Assembly: GCA_964016885.1 (NCBI GenBank)
Contig: OZ024740.1
Span: 377,642,001-377,706,000 of the forward strand
Direction: 5' to 3'
Source: Eledone cirrhosa
Lineage: Eukaryota
Length of the DNA stretch: 64,000 bases
Part shown: positions 13,320-24,653 of the stretch, piece by piece
Position numbering within the stretch: position 1 is the first letter of the stretch
Layout: each line of letters starts with the position of its first letter
Program-made: the position numbers and the translations under genes
Notes under the pieces: generated by a model
Seen by the model: the letters and a program-made list of their open reading frames with translations, nothing else
What the model was told of the DNA's origin: nothing
Database searches by the model: none

Positions 13320-14245
13320 ATATATGTTCGGGGCCTGGGATAGTCCTGGAAGCAAAGTCGCTTACTCAACAACCACAGGTCACTAGATATGGATGTGACT
13401 GTCGTCAGCGAGACAAGGATTTCCGACAATCTCGCACTAACTCCCATTTTTTACTACAATGAGATCTTGGCATCTCTTAGTCGGACTGGAATAGGTGAGA
13501 TGGCAGTGCTGTTTAAAAAAGGCGCACGGAAGTGATGTCATACGGACCTGCCCGAGATGCGCGCAGAGCGACGAAATCGTTCTGCACGCATTCGTTCAGT
13601 GTCTGTGCATTACTGACTTGTGGAGTTATGTCGAACAGCTATTGTCGGGTGTAGAACGGATCGGGCTATCGACCGAGTCCATAGTGAAGATCGACCCGCC
13701 GCCTTCTTTTGGCCAGGAAGGGCAGGCAATTTTCTTCTGTCTGGTGGTAATAGCGAAAGAGGTTGTTTGGTGGACCAGGTTGAAAGGACTAAAGACAGAC
13801 ATTTTTCTCTTCGGCCAATCCCTCATCAACTTTTTAAAATTTCACTTGGAAAGGAAAGTGAGGCGGGGTGGAGAAGTGCTGGTCCCCCAGTACATTTGCT
13901 GAAAGGGGGGTGAATGTGATGAGAATGGCCCGTGTAAGTGGGCCTACTCTGATCATGCGCCTGTAGGTTGATGAATTCGAGAAGAATAGAGGTGCCCTTC
14001 CCGGGTGCTCTCGAAGCGTCAAGTGGTTCAGGATTGGTAGGGTACCTGAGTCAACCCTGGGTGGTTATCCCCCCTATTGGGGAATTTTTCATTGTTGTAT
14101 TTTTATTGTTATTTATATTGTTTACACGTTGTATATGTAAACCCCCACTGTCTGTGTCTAGTGCATCGTCCCCTATATGTCGTCCCTTGTGGCCAATAAA
14201 TGAAACTATTATTATTATTATTAGTAGTAGTAGTAGTAGTAGTAG
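13320..14245 (+). mobile_element. Older Tx1-like LINE derivative: start of ORF2 joined directly to the C-terminal Zn-finger region and 3'UTR
   Basis: 13320-13522 resembles 45765-45965; 13525-13965 encodes CPRCAQSDEIVLHAFVQC...WWTRLKGLKT; 3'UTR has cccctattggggaatttttcattg and an (ATT)n tail. Confidence 0.8.
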
Positions 14246-14323
14246 CAGCAACATCAGCTATATATTGTCATTTTAATGATTCTGCATTGTGATTTAGTCT
14301 TATATTTTGTAAATCTAAATAAT

Positions 14324-14512
14324 TGTTTCTACTTTTTGGCACAAGGCCAGCAATTATCCCAGTGCATTACTGGTACTTTATTTTATCGACCCCCGTAAGG
14401 ATGAAAAGCGAAGTTAACCTCGGCGGGATTTGAACTCAGACCATAAAGGGCCGTAAGTCTTTGCTGCAAAGCATGGCGTCCGATCCTCTACCGCTACTGC
14501 CAATCCACCGCC
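14324..14512 (-). mobile_element. SINE S1 with 20-bp TSD
   Basis: TSD attttgtaaatctaaataat at 14304-14323 / 14513-14532. Confidence 0.9.
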
Positions 14513-14749
14513 ATTTTGTAAATCTAAATAATATGACAATATAAGACCGCAACGCAAATTCTGAGGCGACATATAATGAATTGTTTCCCAGATATGAATT
14601 ACAAGAAACACGTAAGGCGTATACTTCATTATATATTGATATTGATTATTAAATGTGAAATATTTCACTTGGATAGACATGTGACTTATTTAGTAGCGGA
14701 ATTTTGGAGAAACTGCAGTAGTTAGAATATCAAGAAGTATCTCATTTAT

Positions 14750-15454
14750 GATATAAAATGCAATCAAAATTAAAATAGAATAAAGAGAAATGTAAAAAAT
14801 AGAATAAAATAAAAATTTAAAAGAAAAGTTAGATTATATAAATGAAACGTAAATAAAAACAATAAAATTAAAAATTAGAATAAATAAAAAACAAAAGCAT
14901 TAAATAAATCAAAAGAAAAAGGTAATAAAAATGAAATATATAAAAAATGTAAAATATAATAAATGCATTAAAAAATGAAAATAGGAAAAATATAAATGAA
15001 ATAATAAATAAGAATTTTTATGAAAACGAAGAAAATAGGATAAAATAAATTTTAAATGAAAAAAAATATATATATATATTAGAAATAAAATAATGTAAAA
15101 TATAATGATATGGAATAAGTAAATAAAATAAATATAAACATACACAAATTAAAATAAAATGAAAAATATAAAATAAAATCAAAATAAAATGAAATAAATA
15201 AAAGAAATACGATAAATAAAAAAATTTAGTATAATAAAATAAGGTTAATAAAGTAAATTAAAATGAAATAGCAAAAGGAAAAAATCAAAGAAAATTAATA
15301 AATGAAATAAACTAAATAATTAAAATGAAATGAATATATAAATAAAATGAAACAAAATAATATTTAATGAAATATAATTGAATAGAATGAAAAAATAAAT
15401 AAAATAAAATAAAACGATGAAACAAAAATAAAGATATCTAGAATAAAAATTAAG
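14750..15454. repeat. A-rich (AAAAT-like) low-complexity tract, continuing at 17280-17740 after the RTE insertion
   Basis: Directly visible degenerate AAAAT/AAATG repeats on both sides of the LINE. Confidence 0.85.
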
Positions 15455-17270
15455 ACGTGGGAGGACTTATTGGTTACATTGGAATTCGACTTCAGATCAT
15501 CAAAGAAAGCGTTCTGGTAGACCATACGATGACTTAGTAATAAGAAGTCCTCCTCCATACCTGCTATCAGAAACATGTCAGGTGGTCTCCCTTCAGAGAG
15601 GTGCATCCTTGCGAGGTGGAGGAACACTCTGCTGATCTTCTAAATTAGATCACAACAGCACCTCTGGTGTATCCGAGGTGCATCTGGGTGCGATGACGAA
15701 CCTCTCGGGAGCTGAGGTCACAAGAGCAATTAAAGAGCTCAAATGTGGCAAGGCTGATGAGGATGAAATTCGGTCCGAGATTTTAAAAGCCTTAAATAGT
15801 AAAGGTATCTCTGGTTGACTCGTGTGAACCGGATGGCTTAGATCTCTGGAAAGGTACATATGCAATGACAATCGGGAGTGATAATTCTAATTTTCAAAGA
15901 GGGGACAAAAGAGATTGCTCCAATGATAGAAGGATCTCCTTGTTAGGCCTCCCCAGTAAGGTCTATCCTAAGTGTCTGGCAAAAAGATGTAGAGATATTG
16001 TTGAGTCCAAGCTAGCTGGCGAACAGTGTGATTTTCACTCCGGATCCAGTATAGCTGACCAAATATTCACACTGCGGCAGGTCTTTGAGAAATCGTGGGA
16101 GTATTGCCAAGAAGTGTATGAAGTAGACCTCGAAAATGTATATGACCAAGTTCTATGAGACATGTTGTAGAAGGTTCTTCAGGAGTATGCAACTCTGGTG
16201 AACAACTCTGGTTACCTTGATGTCTCTATACGAATACCCTAGTTTTTGTGTTTGGGTAAATTGTGATAAGTTGAAACTATTCAATGGGGGTGTCGGTTCC
16301 GCCAAGGGTGCGTACTGTCACCTCTCCTGTTCATAATGTTCATGGACAGGATTGACATGCGCAGCCGGGTTTGAAGTGGTATCATTACTGGTGAGTGTAA
16401 GATCAATCGACTGGAATTTTCAGATGACATGCTACTACTCGTCAGGTGTTCTCCGACATGCTTTTGATAGCTTTTCTGCTGCAATGAAAATCAGTGCTGA
16501 AAAGACTGGACATTTGTTCTCTTAAAGATCCTGCGTAGCGCACTCTACGTGTGAGTGGAGTTCCACTGAATCGTGTGGGAACTTCAAATATCTCGGGGTC
16601 GTGTTCTCATGTGATGGAAAGCAGGGGGCAGCTTCAGTATTCGGTTATCTGAAGAAAGGAAATAGATTAAAAGCCAAACTTACTATCTTCAATTCGGTAC
16701 TTGTGTCAACGCATGAATTGTGAGTAATGACCGAACAAATACAATCGCGAATACAAACGGCCGAAATGGGGTTCCCCCGAAGAGTCTTTCAATTAACGTT
16801 AGTCGGTAGAGTGCATAGCTCGGAGATCAGAGAGTCGCTCTAGGTTGAGCCGCTACTTCTCTGAATTGAGATATCACAACTCCGATATAACGAGCATGTG
16901 GTTAGAATGCCTCAGCAAAGAAAATCTGCAGAGATTTTACGAATAAAACCAACCGGCAGGAGACCCAGGAGTAGACCCCTAGCAAGATAGTTGGATAACA
17001 TCCATGAGCTTGGCTGATCTCACATGTGTATCCATCCTGGTCAATTGGAGGCAGTTGATTCAGACAGGACCCACTGGAAGGCCTGCTTGGGGACTCTGAC
17101 CCCACGAGGAGGAGGAGGAGGAGGAGGAGGAGGAGGAGGAGGAGGAGGAGGAGGAGGAGGAGGAGGAGGAGGAGGAGGAGGAGAAGAAGAAGAAGAAGAA
17201 GAAGAAGAAGAAGAAGAAGAAGAAGAAGAAGAAGAAGAAGAAGAAGAAGAAGAAGAAGAAGAAGAAGAAG
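15455..17270 (+). mobile_element. Degenerate, 5'-truncated RTE-clade LINE (Expander/Rex3-like RT) ending in (GGA)n(AGA)n
   Basis: RT fragments GDKRDCSNDRRISLLGLPSKVY, EQCDFHSGSSIADQIFTLRQVFEKSWEY, RQGCVLSPLLFIMFMDRI, FSDD; many stops and frameshifts. Confidence 0.85.
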
Positions 17271-17747
17271 ATAAATGGAACCAAAATATGATAAATTTAA
17301 ACGAAAAAATTTATAAAAATTATAATCGGATATCAAAATATGAAAAAAATACAATGAAATTAAATTAAATTAAATTAAATTTACAAACCAAATTAATGAA
17401 ATAAATATATATAGATAAAAGTAAATTATATTAAGCTTGTGGTATTCAATGATCGAACAGGGGATTCACTTCATCGACAGGTATTTCGTTCTATGCCTCA
17501 AACGGATGTGATCTTTAACTCAAAATTTAATTTTACTAAATTAAATACAATGAAGTAATATAAAAAGTATTAAATAAAATATTTTGGCATAAAACAATAA
17601 AACAAAAAATAAATTTTAAATAAAATAAAAGAATTATCTAAAAACAATTAGATATTTTTAAAAATAAATAGATTGAAAGTAAAGTGGAATGAAATAAAGA
17701 AAAGGTAAAGGATAAAGAAATTAGCTAATTAAATAGCCACTAACTTA

Positions 17748-17799
<52 letters not shown>

Positions 17800-18320
17800 A
17801 GTGGAAGCTTAGTAAAATCGAAGCTTTGGCTGCGGCCAAGCAAAGTCGACCTACAATTAGGAATGAGTAGCAAACCACTCAATATCCTCAGAATAATAAC
17901 ATTACGTTTAGATAGCTTGACAAATTGAAAATTGCGACAGACAAAAACCAACCATACAATACCAAAACAATGAAAAAACTATTCAGGCTAGACAACAGAC
18001 CTGGACAAATCGAACGACATTCTGCAATACGTCCGATATGTTTCTTTGAATTCGAAATCATCAATCCAACTTACGTAACACGTAAGCTTGTGGTATTCAA
18101 TGATCGAACAGGGGATTCACTTCATCGACAGGTATTTCGTTCTATGCCTCAAACGGATGTGATCTTTAACTCAATGCGACCGCTACAATAGACAACCTTA
18201 TATATTAGAATTGGTGCTCTGAAATAGCGATGTATATATGAATGTATATATAGTGTATTTGGTAATACACTGTATGCTTACGCTATTGTTTTAAAGTAAT
18301 GACTATGTCACTTACTTTTT

Positions 18321-18414
18321 TTTTCAACAAACAAAGGGAGATAAGCTGACATCTGTTTCATACTGTTGGTATTCCTCAGAGCTTAAGCTTAGCACTTCCC
18401 TTGTTTGTTGAAAA
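18321..18414 (-). ncRNA. Hammerhead ribozyme with long stem I, in a PLE end (18200-18600)
   Basis: Minus strand: taagct-CTGAGGA-atac caaca gtat-GAAA-CAGATG-TC-agctta; GUC site; stem I extended by ttttcaacaaacaaggga/tccctttgtttgttgaaaa. Confidence 0.8.
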
Positions 18415-19006
18415 TTATGAATGTTGGGTTCTTATAGAATTCTAGTAATAATCAGGAACTGATTATACAGAGCAGTTGCCGGTCCAGCAAAAATTGAAAA
18501 TTAGAATTGGTGCTCTGAAATAGCGATGTATATATGAATTTATATGTGAATGTATTACTAGAATTCTATAAGAATCCAACAAGACCTGGCAACTCCGTGA
18601 ACGCAACCAACAGTTGACCTTGAAATGGGATATACTTTCCAGCGCTAGTGCATATCGGAGTGTATTGAAGTACTGTAGGTTATGTAACCTTGAACTCTTT
18701 TACATCTTAAAATCCAAATCTTAAAATCTACATCTATGAACCTGCCCTCTGTGGCAATAAATAATTCCAACCTTGACTATCAACGCATCGCTTAAGGTGG
18801 TCGCTTTAAGAGTAACCGGTATAATAAAACCCCTACCACAACATTTTGATTAAGATATCGACAAACCACTCTCTCCCATTTCGCCAACCCCAGCATATCT
18901 CTCTCTCTCTCTCTCCCTCTCCCCTTCTTTTCTCTCTTCCTTTTCTTCTCTATCTTCCCCCAATAACCTCACTTAAGGGTATTTACATTGTACATTTTAA
19001 CCATTC

Positions 19007-19118
19007 TGCTCTGATGATACATTGGTCACAGCATTTGATAATTGAGTTTTGCAAATAGTTATAAATTTGCACATAGCATAACTAGGCTGTATAACCACCG
19101 TGGAAACATTTGTAAGCA
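19007..19118 (+). ncRNA. Hammerhead ribozyme with ~85-nt stem II
   Basis: tgct-CTGATGA-tac..tggt..acagc...gctgt..acca..gtg-GAAA-CATTTG-TA-agca. Confidence 0.65.
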
Positions 19119-19165
19119 CACAGAATATATTACCTTTTTATGATGTCTACCTGTTATTATTCATT

Positions 19166-19214
<49 letters not shown>

Positions 19215-19489
19215 CAGCTTATGCTGACCGGACAACCATGTTGCTTGTTTATTTTCCTATCTTCGGTTTGCTTTTATCCTTCTATGTTGTTTACTTGTCC
19301 CCCTCGCCTTACGCGAATTCTGGTCCCAATAACTTTTTTTAGTTATTGCTCGCACCAACCTGAGGTATCTGATTTTTAATGCGATGAAATACCAATGATG
19401 GTTGGAAAAATCACTGACGAAGGACTATTTTTATCATATGTAACCCATGTGCAAACCACGCAGTATTCTTCTTTCTTCTCATGTTTTTT

Positions 19490-19599
<110 letters not shown>

Positions 19600-19773
19600 T
19601 AATAGTAGTAATGAGTATAATCGAATTTGCAGCTACAAAGACTAGCCTCGATGATTGAAGGCTGCCACGAAGCACTTGATATTAAGTAATTAATCAATTG
19701 CTCCTCATACGTTATGTGACACAATGAATGATGTGACCAGGGGCATGCTGCCACGTTAATACTACAAATATAT

Positions 19774-19824
<51 letters not shown>

Positions 19825-19900
19825 CGAAGGAAATGTGGTAAGGAACCAGGTGAACCATAACGCACCAAAGTACTCAATACTTGGGGTAGTAGAGTGGGTA

Positions 19901-20013
19901 ATAGGAACCAGTAAGACCCCGACGGCTGAGCTCAAGCCGTTTCGATGGCTAATTCTGGAGTCAGAATTAGCCTTCGAAACGGCTTGAGCTCAGCCGTCGG
20001 GGTCTTACTGGTT

Positions 20014-20018
<5 letters not shown>
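19901..20018. repeat. Near-perfect 118-bp hairpin made from the 3' half of a hammerhead
   Basis: Arms ataggaacc...ggctaattctg / cagaattagcc...ggttcctat; the arms carry GAAA-CGGCT..AGCCG-TC. Confidence 0.9.
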
Positions 20019-20055
<37 letters not shown>

Positions 20056-21145
20056 TATATATATATATACATATCTATATATATAAAGGGAAGATGGACA
20101 TTGTTTAGTGTACCGAACTTGCAGGCTACACCGTTCATCCAATTTTCATGAAACCTCACACATATATAAAACTCAAGGCGTAGAGTGGAATAGGCTACTT
20201 GAAATTTTCGAAAAATCGATAATCGGGCCCTATGACAGAATATTTTTCGATTCCAATGAAATTTTATGTGAATTCGAACACAAGAACTCTTAGTTTACAT
20301 CTGGCGCAATAAAAATAAATTTCATATGCCCATATAAGGACGTGCGTTATTGATTGGACGGCCAGCTGCATGTCTTCCCAGCTGTCTCAGTAAACAACCG
20401 ACCATTAAAGAGTTTCTCTTTTCATATTCCACCTTATTCAAGTGGAAATACAGTATTATCCCTATCTGAAAAGGGAACCAAATTTAATGGTGTCTTTTGT
20501 GAACCTAAAAGCTGTGAGTAAATTTTCAAACAGTCTTAAATAATCATGCTTTTTGAAAAAAAAATTACTAAATAATACGTTGACCAAGTTGTGTTGTACA
20601 CATACAATACAAGTAAACAAATTTACGTCGTACCAATTTTTTCCTTTTTTAAACAAAAGATTCTAAAAAATTACTTAATTTATAATACAGTCTTTTGCAC
20701 AGGAAGTGAGTAACTTTTCGGGTGTTTAAACGTAAGTTCACCAGGGTTTGTGTCTTCATTATTAGCCCACCTCTAATGGCATTTTTTGTTCTGCTTACGA
20801 CTAAATGTTATGAGCGTATTTGCAATTAATTGCGCACAAGTGCACACCTGCATGCAGATAGACACTGACAGCCAATAAAAAATCGATAACTTGCTTATTA
20901 AGATATCGGTCAAAAAGAGAGATTGAATGTACTTTAGAACATTTTTTGAATATATTGTTCTTTTTGGCATGATATGTCAGAAATATAGCTACTATACACT
21001 TTGGTTATTTTTTGTAACTAAAAAACGGTTCCTTTTGGGTGGATACTTAACGAGAAAAATCCTAGGGTTTTGGACAAGTTTGTTTCAGGCGCTGTATAGA
21101 CGCCTATTTTGTCACACCTTGGTCATGAATTCGTATTCTTTTCCA

Positions 21146-21388
21146 ATAGATATTTTCCGCTCTATAAGGCTCACCAGGATATAAGATTTAAAATCAGGTC
21201 CGCGCAACGGCGTGTAAGGCCAACCAGAAAATGCTATCTTCTTTACTTTTAGTCTAGATCTATTACTTCTGTTAGAGCCGTGATTGATTACCATTGTATT
21301 ATTTATACATAAGGCTCACCGGAGTATAAAGCGCAGAGCTGTTTTTTGATTAAATTTAAGTGCAATTTATAGACGGGAAAATTCGGTA
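21146..21388. mobile_element. Possible pogo/Tc2-type MITE nested in the Helitron
   Basis: Imperfect TIRs tattttccgctctataa / ttatagacgggaaaattcggta; repeated ataaggctcacc subterminal motif. Confidence 0.5.
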
Positions 21389-21510
21389 AGTTATTGTAAT
21401 CATATTTCCAAACCTTCCCATTCACCAGTAACCATGCTAACGAATCTGGTGTCATCTCTCTCTGTATTTAATCCCCTCTCTCTAACCTAACAGCTTCGTT
21501 ACACGTCGTT

Positions 21511-22069
21511 ATGCCCACACGGAAACGTTCAAGACTTACCTCCAAAAAAGGTACAGCTATTGCTTTGATACAACGAATTAGGCGTTCTCAGGTATGAGTT
21601 CATTCACAATTGATTAATCCTTTATGCAATATTCTCCCTTAATGTTAGCAAGTACTGCGTTTATCCTAACTGTCACCACTTTTAAGCAACTACAACATTC
21701 TAATCGTAGTTATATTAAATTTATTGTCTTACCTTGATTCCCTTTTGTTCATGTTAGACTTTTCTCATTTACTATTGACACTGCCATTGGCTTAGCTAAC
21801 CAGTAGAATTAATTAATTTTCTCTAGGAAATACCTGCTGAGCGCGAATCTCGACTCACTGATAGACGTCTTTCCCGGCTGGTTGAGTCACCAACATCACG
21901 TACGACAAGGCTTGCTGATATTCGCCTCCGTCGCCAACAAGCGCTGACGGAGGAATCACCAACATCCCGTCAGACAAGGCTTGAGGCTGTGGCAAAGGGC
22001 AATAACCCTAGATACAATTTTGATCAACTTTTTTTCACCTATAGCAAATTTACCGGGACAGGTTTTTAG
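21511..22069 (+). CDS. Spliced 107-aa Helitron-derived ORF (exons 21511-21591 and 21827-22069) with STPR-like repeats
   Basis: MPTRKRSRLTSKK...RRSQ|gtatga...ttctctag|EIPAERESRL..ESPTSRTTRL..EESPTSRQTRLEA; phase-0 intron, open to TAG at 22067-22069. Confidence 0.6.
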
Positions 22070-22573
22070 CTACTCAAATCTACTTCAGAAATCACGCATT
22101 GATGTAAAAAATCAATAAAACTGAAGCAGGGCTCGACTTTGCGCAAAAAAACAAGGCAAAGTTACACATGGGAAAACGTTTTACAGGAACGTCCTATATT
22201 CTTGAAAACTGTCACAAAAGACTCGCCATTATGCCGCGGTTAAGATAAAGGCCCTTATAATTATTCTTCTGCACATGTGAGCGCAAAAATTGTAAAAAAA
22301 AAAAAACCTGAAAGTAATCGACATTTTCACCCTGCTTTAAATTAACTGAACATTCAATATCAAGTGATTTTGACTTCCGTCAGTCGTGCAGAGAACAATT
22401 TCAACGATACACTGTATAACTACAATTAATAAATTACACACCTGTGTCTACTAACCTATATTTTTCCATTGAAGTTCGAAGTTTTGAACCTGTGATGCGC
22501 GGGAAGTAACTTTCACACATTCTAACAGACCAAAGGTCGGCTTACACCCGGGCAACGCCGGGTACTTCTGCTA

Positions 22574-22605
<32 letters not shown>

Positions 22606-22613
<8 letters not shown>

Positions 22614-22740
22614 TAAAATAACAGATTAAAGTTTAAGTAAAGAATCGCTGCTTTCACCCTTAACGGTATCTTCTGGAACTAACTAAGGGTGAAAGCAACG
22701 ATTCTTTGCTTAAACTTTAATCTGTTATTTTAATAAATAT
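22606..22740. repeat. Fold-back PLE end (57-bp arms) between (TA)n tracts
   Basis: Arms 22606-22662 / 22684-22740; degenerate hammerhead-like CAGAAGA..GAAA at the apex; tail runs to 22827. Confidence 0.8.
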
Positions 22741-22823
22741 TTGTCCTACGGTTCTTATATATTTGATATATATTTATCCTTATCGAGCCCTCTTTAGATT
22801 TTAGTCTTCAAATTTATTATTAT

Positions 22824-22911
<88 letters not shown>

Positions 22912-22919
22912 TTTTTATT

Positions 22920-23033
22920 TTTTTTTATTTTATAGAAGGAGCTTCTACAGGACTAGTACTGTTTCATTCAGATGATTTCATCTGAATGAAACAGTACTAG
23001 TCCTGTAGAAGCTCCTTCTATAAAATAAAAAAA
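22920..23033. repeat. Perfect fold-back of a hammerhead-bearing PLE end (same family as 26773 and 30941)
   Basis: ~56-bp arms with a 2-nt loop; the right arm reads GATGA-tttcatctgaat-GAAA-CAG tactagtc CTG-TA-gaagct. Confidence 0.9.
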
Positions 23034-23099
23034 GTTTACTCTGCCATGTATTGAGTACCTTACTTACTGTGGTTATCCCCGACTCAACCCGGGACCTAC

Positions 23100-23154
<55 letters not shown>

Positions 23155-23179
23155 TGTAATAAACAACATAAAGCAATTA

Positions 23180-23240
23180 TTTCATTTACCAGTGGTTTCT
23201 TAAAAGCAAAATAATTTTGCTTTCAACCATCAGAATGAAA
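23180..23240 (-). ncRNA. Hammerhead, left-arm copy (A9G change)
   Basis: Minus strand: tttcatt-CTGATGG-ttgaaagcaaaa tta ttttgcttttaa-GAAA-CCACTGG-TA-aatgaaa. Confidence 0.6.
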
Positions 23241-23305
23241 AAATCGTGGTGTATTTATTGGCGTTGGATTTTAAAATCCAACGCCAATAAATACACCAGG
23301 ATTTT

Positions 23306-23366
23306 TTTCATTCTGATGATTGAAAGCAAAATTTTTTTGATTTTAAGAAACCACTGGTAAATGAAA
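23306..23366 (+). ncRNA. Hammerhead, right-arm copy
   Basis: tttcatt-CTGATGA-ttgaaagcaaaa...tttgattttaa-GAAA-CCACTGG-TA-aatgaaa; 7-bp stem I, GUA site. Confidence 0.8.
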
Positions 23367-23459
23367 TAATTGCCTTATGTTGTTTATTACATAACTATTA
23401 AGCTCTGTTACCTACATAGAGCACTCTTTTTTCCTGGACTTTTCCGACGGAATTACTTC

Positions 23460-23513
<54 letters not shown>

Positions 23514-23563
23514 CAAGAAAGAAGAGTGACACGGTTTGCTATACAATAAGGGCTTTAATCACA

Positions 23564-23673
23564 TTGCTGACAATTGTTTCTCTGACCTGGGATGTCTAGA
23601 GATCGCTACCCGCTTGTTTCTGCGTCAATCGATCACCAATACATAGTTATAACCAGTGAATTCATCAGAGCTT
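23564..23673 (-). ncRNA. Hammerhead with ~80-nt stem II at the PLE 3' end
   Basis: Minus strand: gct-CTGATGA-...-GAAA-CAATTG-TC-agc; palindrome ACAATTGT, GUC site. Confidence 0.65.
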
Positions 23674-24124
23674 GCGAGAATGAAGGGAATACACAGGCAT
23701 GGCTTCTATATATAGTAGTGGCATTAAATCAGAACAATAATAACAATACTAACAATGCTAGCAATAAATTAGTTGAAATAATCACAACATCAATCTAAGT
23801 AAGACATAGAGTATACTTATGACTTTAGCATGTAAAACGAGCTGATATGAGGCAGATGTATGAAATTGACATGTAAAAGCTGTCATGGGGTGTATTATAT
23901 ATAGTGTAGAGATAAGCCGGGGCTTGAAACAATGTACCATTTCCTTTACCGTAGGCTTGCTGACCGTAAGAATTATTTATTATCTGACAGATAAAATATT
24001 TTCATTGTAGTGAGGATAGTAATTTTTATGTGGTGTAAAGCGGATTCATTATTTAAGTGGTCTATATTAGATGAAGGGGTTGTTTAGCTTTTACATCATC
24101 AATAACATGCATGTATAAGATAAC

Positions 24125-24307
24125 TGTTTCTATTTTAGGCACAAGACCAGGAAATACCCAGTACATTACTGGTACTTTATTTTATCGATCCCGTAAGGAT
24201 GCAAGGCAAAGTTAACCTCGGCGGGATTTGAACTCAGATCATAAAGGGACGTAACTCTATGCTTCAAAGCATGGTGTCTGACTCTCTACCGATACTGCCA
24301 ATCCACC
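24125..24307 (-). mobile_element. SINE S1 with 16-bp TSD
   Basis: TSD gcatgtataagataac at 24109-24124 / 24308-24323. Confidence 0.9.
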
Positions 24308-24466
24308 GCATGTATAAGATAACACCAACAGAGTAGCAATATAATAGGTAAGCTAATACAGGGGTTAAGGAAGCAATATATATATAGAGAGAGAAAACAT
24401 GCTGACTAGAATTATAACAACAGGAGGAAGGTGATGTTTTATGGACTGTGGTAGAAGTCTAATAAT

Positions 24467-24653
24467 TGTTTCTACTTTTTTGGCACAAGGCCAGCAATTA
24501 TTCCAATACATTACTGGTATTATTTTATCGACCCCGTAAGGATGAAAGGCAAAGTTAACCTCGGCGGGATTTGAACTCAGATCATAAAGGGACGTAACTA
24601 TGCTAGAAAGCATGGCGTCCGACCCTCTACTGATACTGCCAATCCACCGCCCT
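24467..24653 (-). mobile_element. SINE S1 with 15-bp TSD
   Basis: TSD tagaagtctaataat at 24452-24466 / 24654-24668. Confidence 0.9.

Larger units (their letters stand above)
20074..22574 (+). mobile_element. Non-autonomous Helitron
   Basis: 5' TC(TATATATATAAA), 3' hairpin acccgg-gcaacg-ccgggt (22546-22563) then CTAG; inserted between A and T with no TSD; contains RepHel-like N-terminal exons. Confidence 0.85.
23148..23398. repeat. ~250-bp near-perfect palindrome with a hammerhead in each arm
   Basis: Centre at ggattttaaaatcc (~23273); (TA)n on both sides; unpaired tail 23399-23463. Confidence 0.9.

Noticed and set aside
19412-19460. CTGACGA box (also CTGATGA at 31426)
   Set aside because: No matching GAAA/stem III downstream.
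21991-22260. Possible TIR element inside the Helitron
   Set aside because: Only ~6-bp terminal complementarity (aagggc/gccctt) and no TSD.
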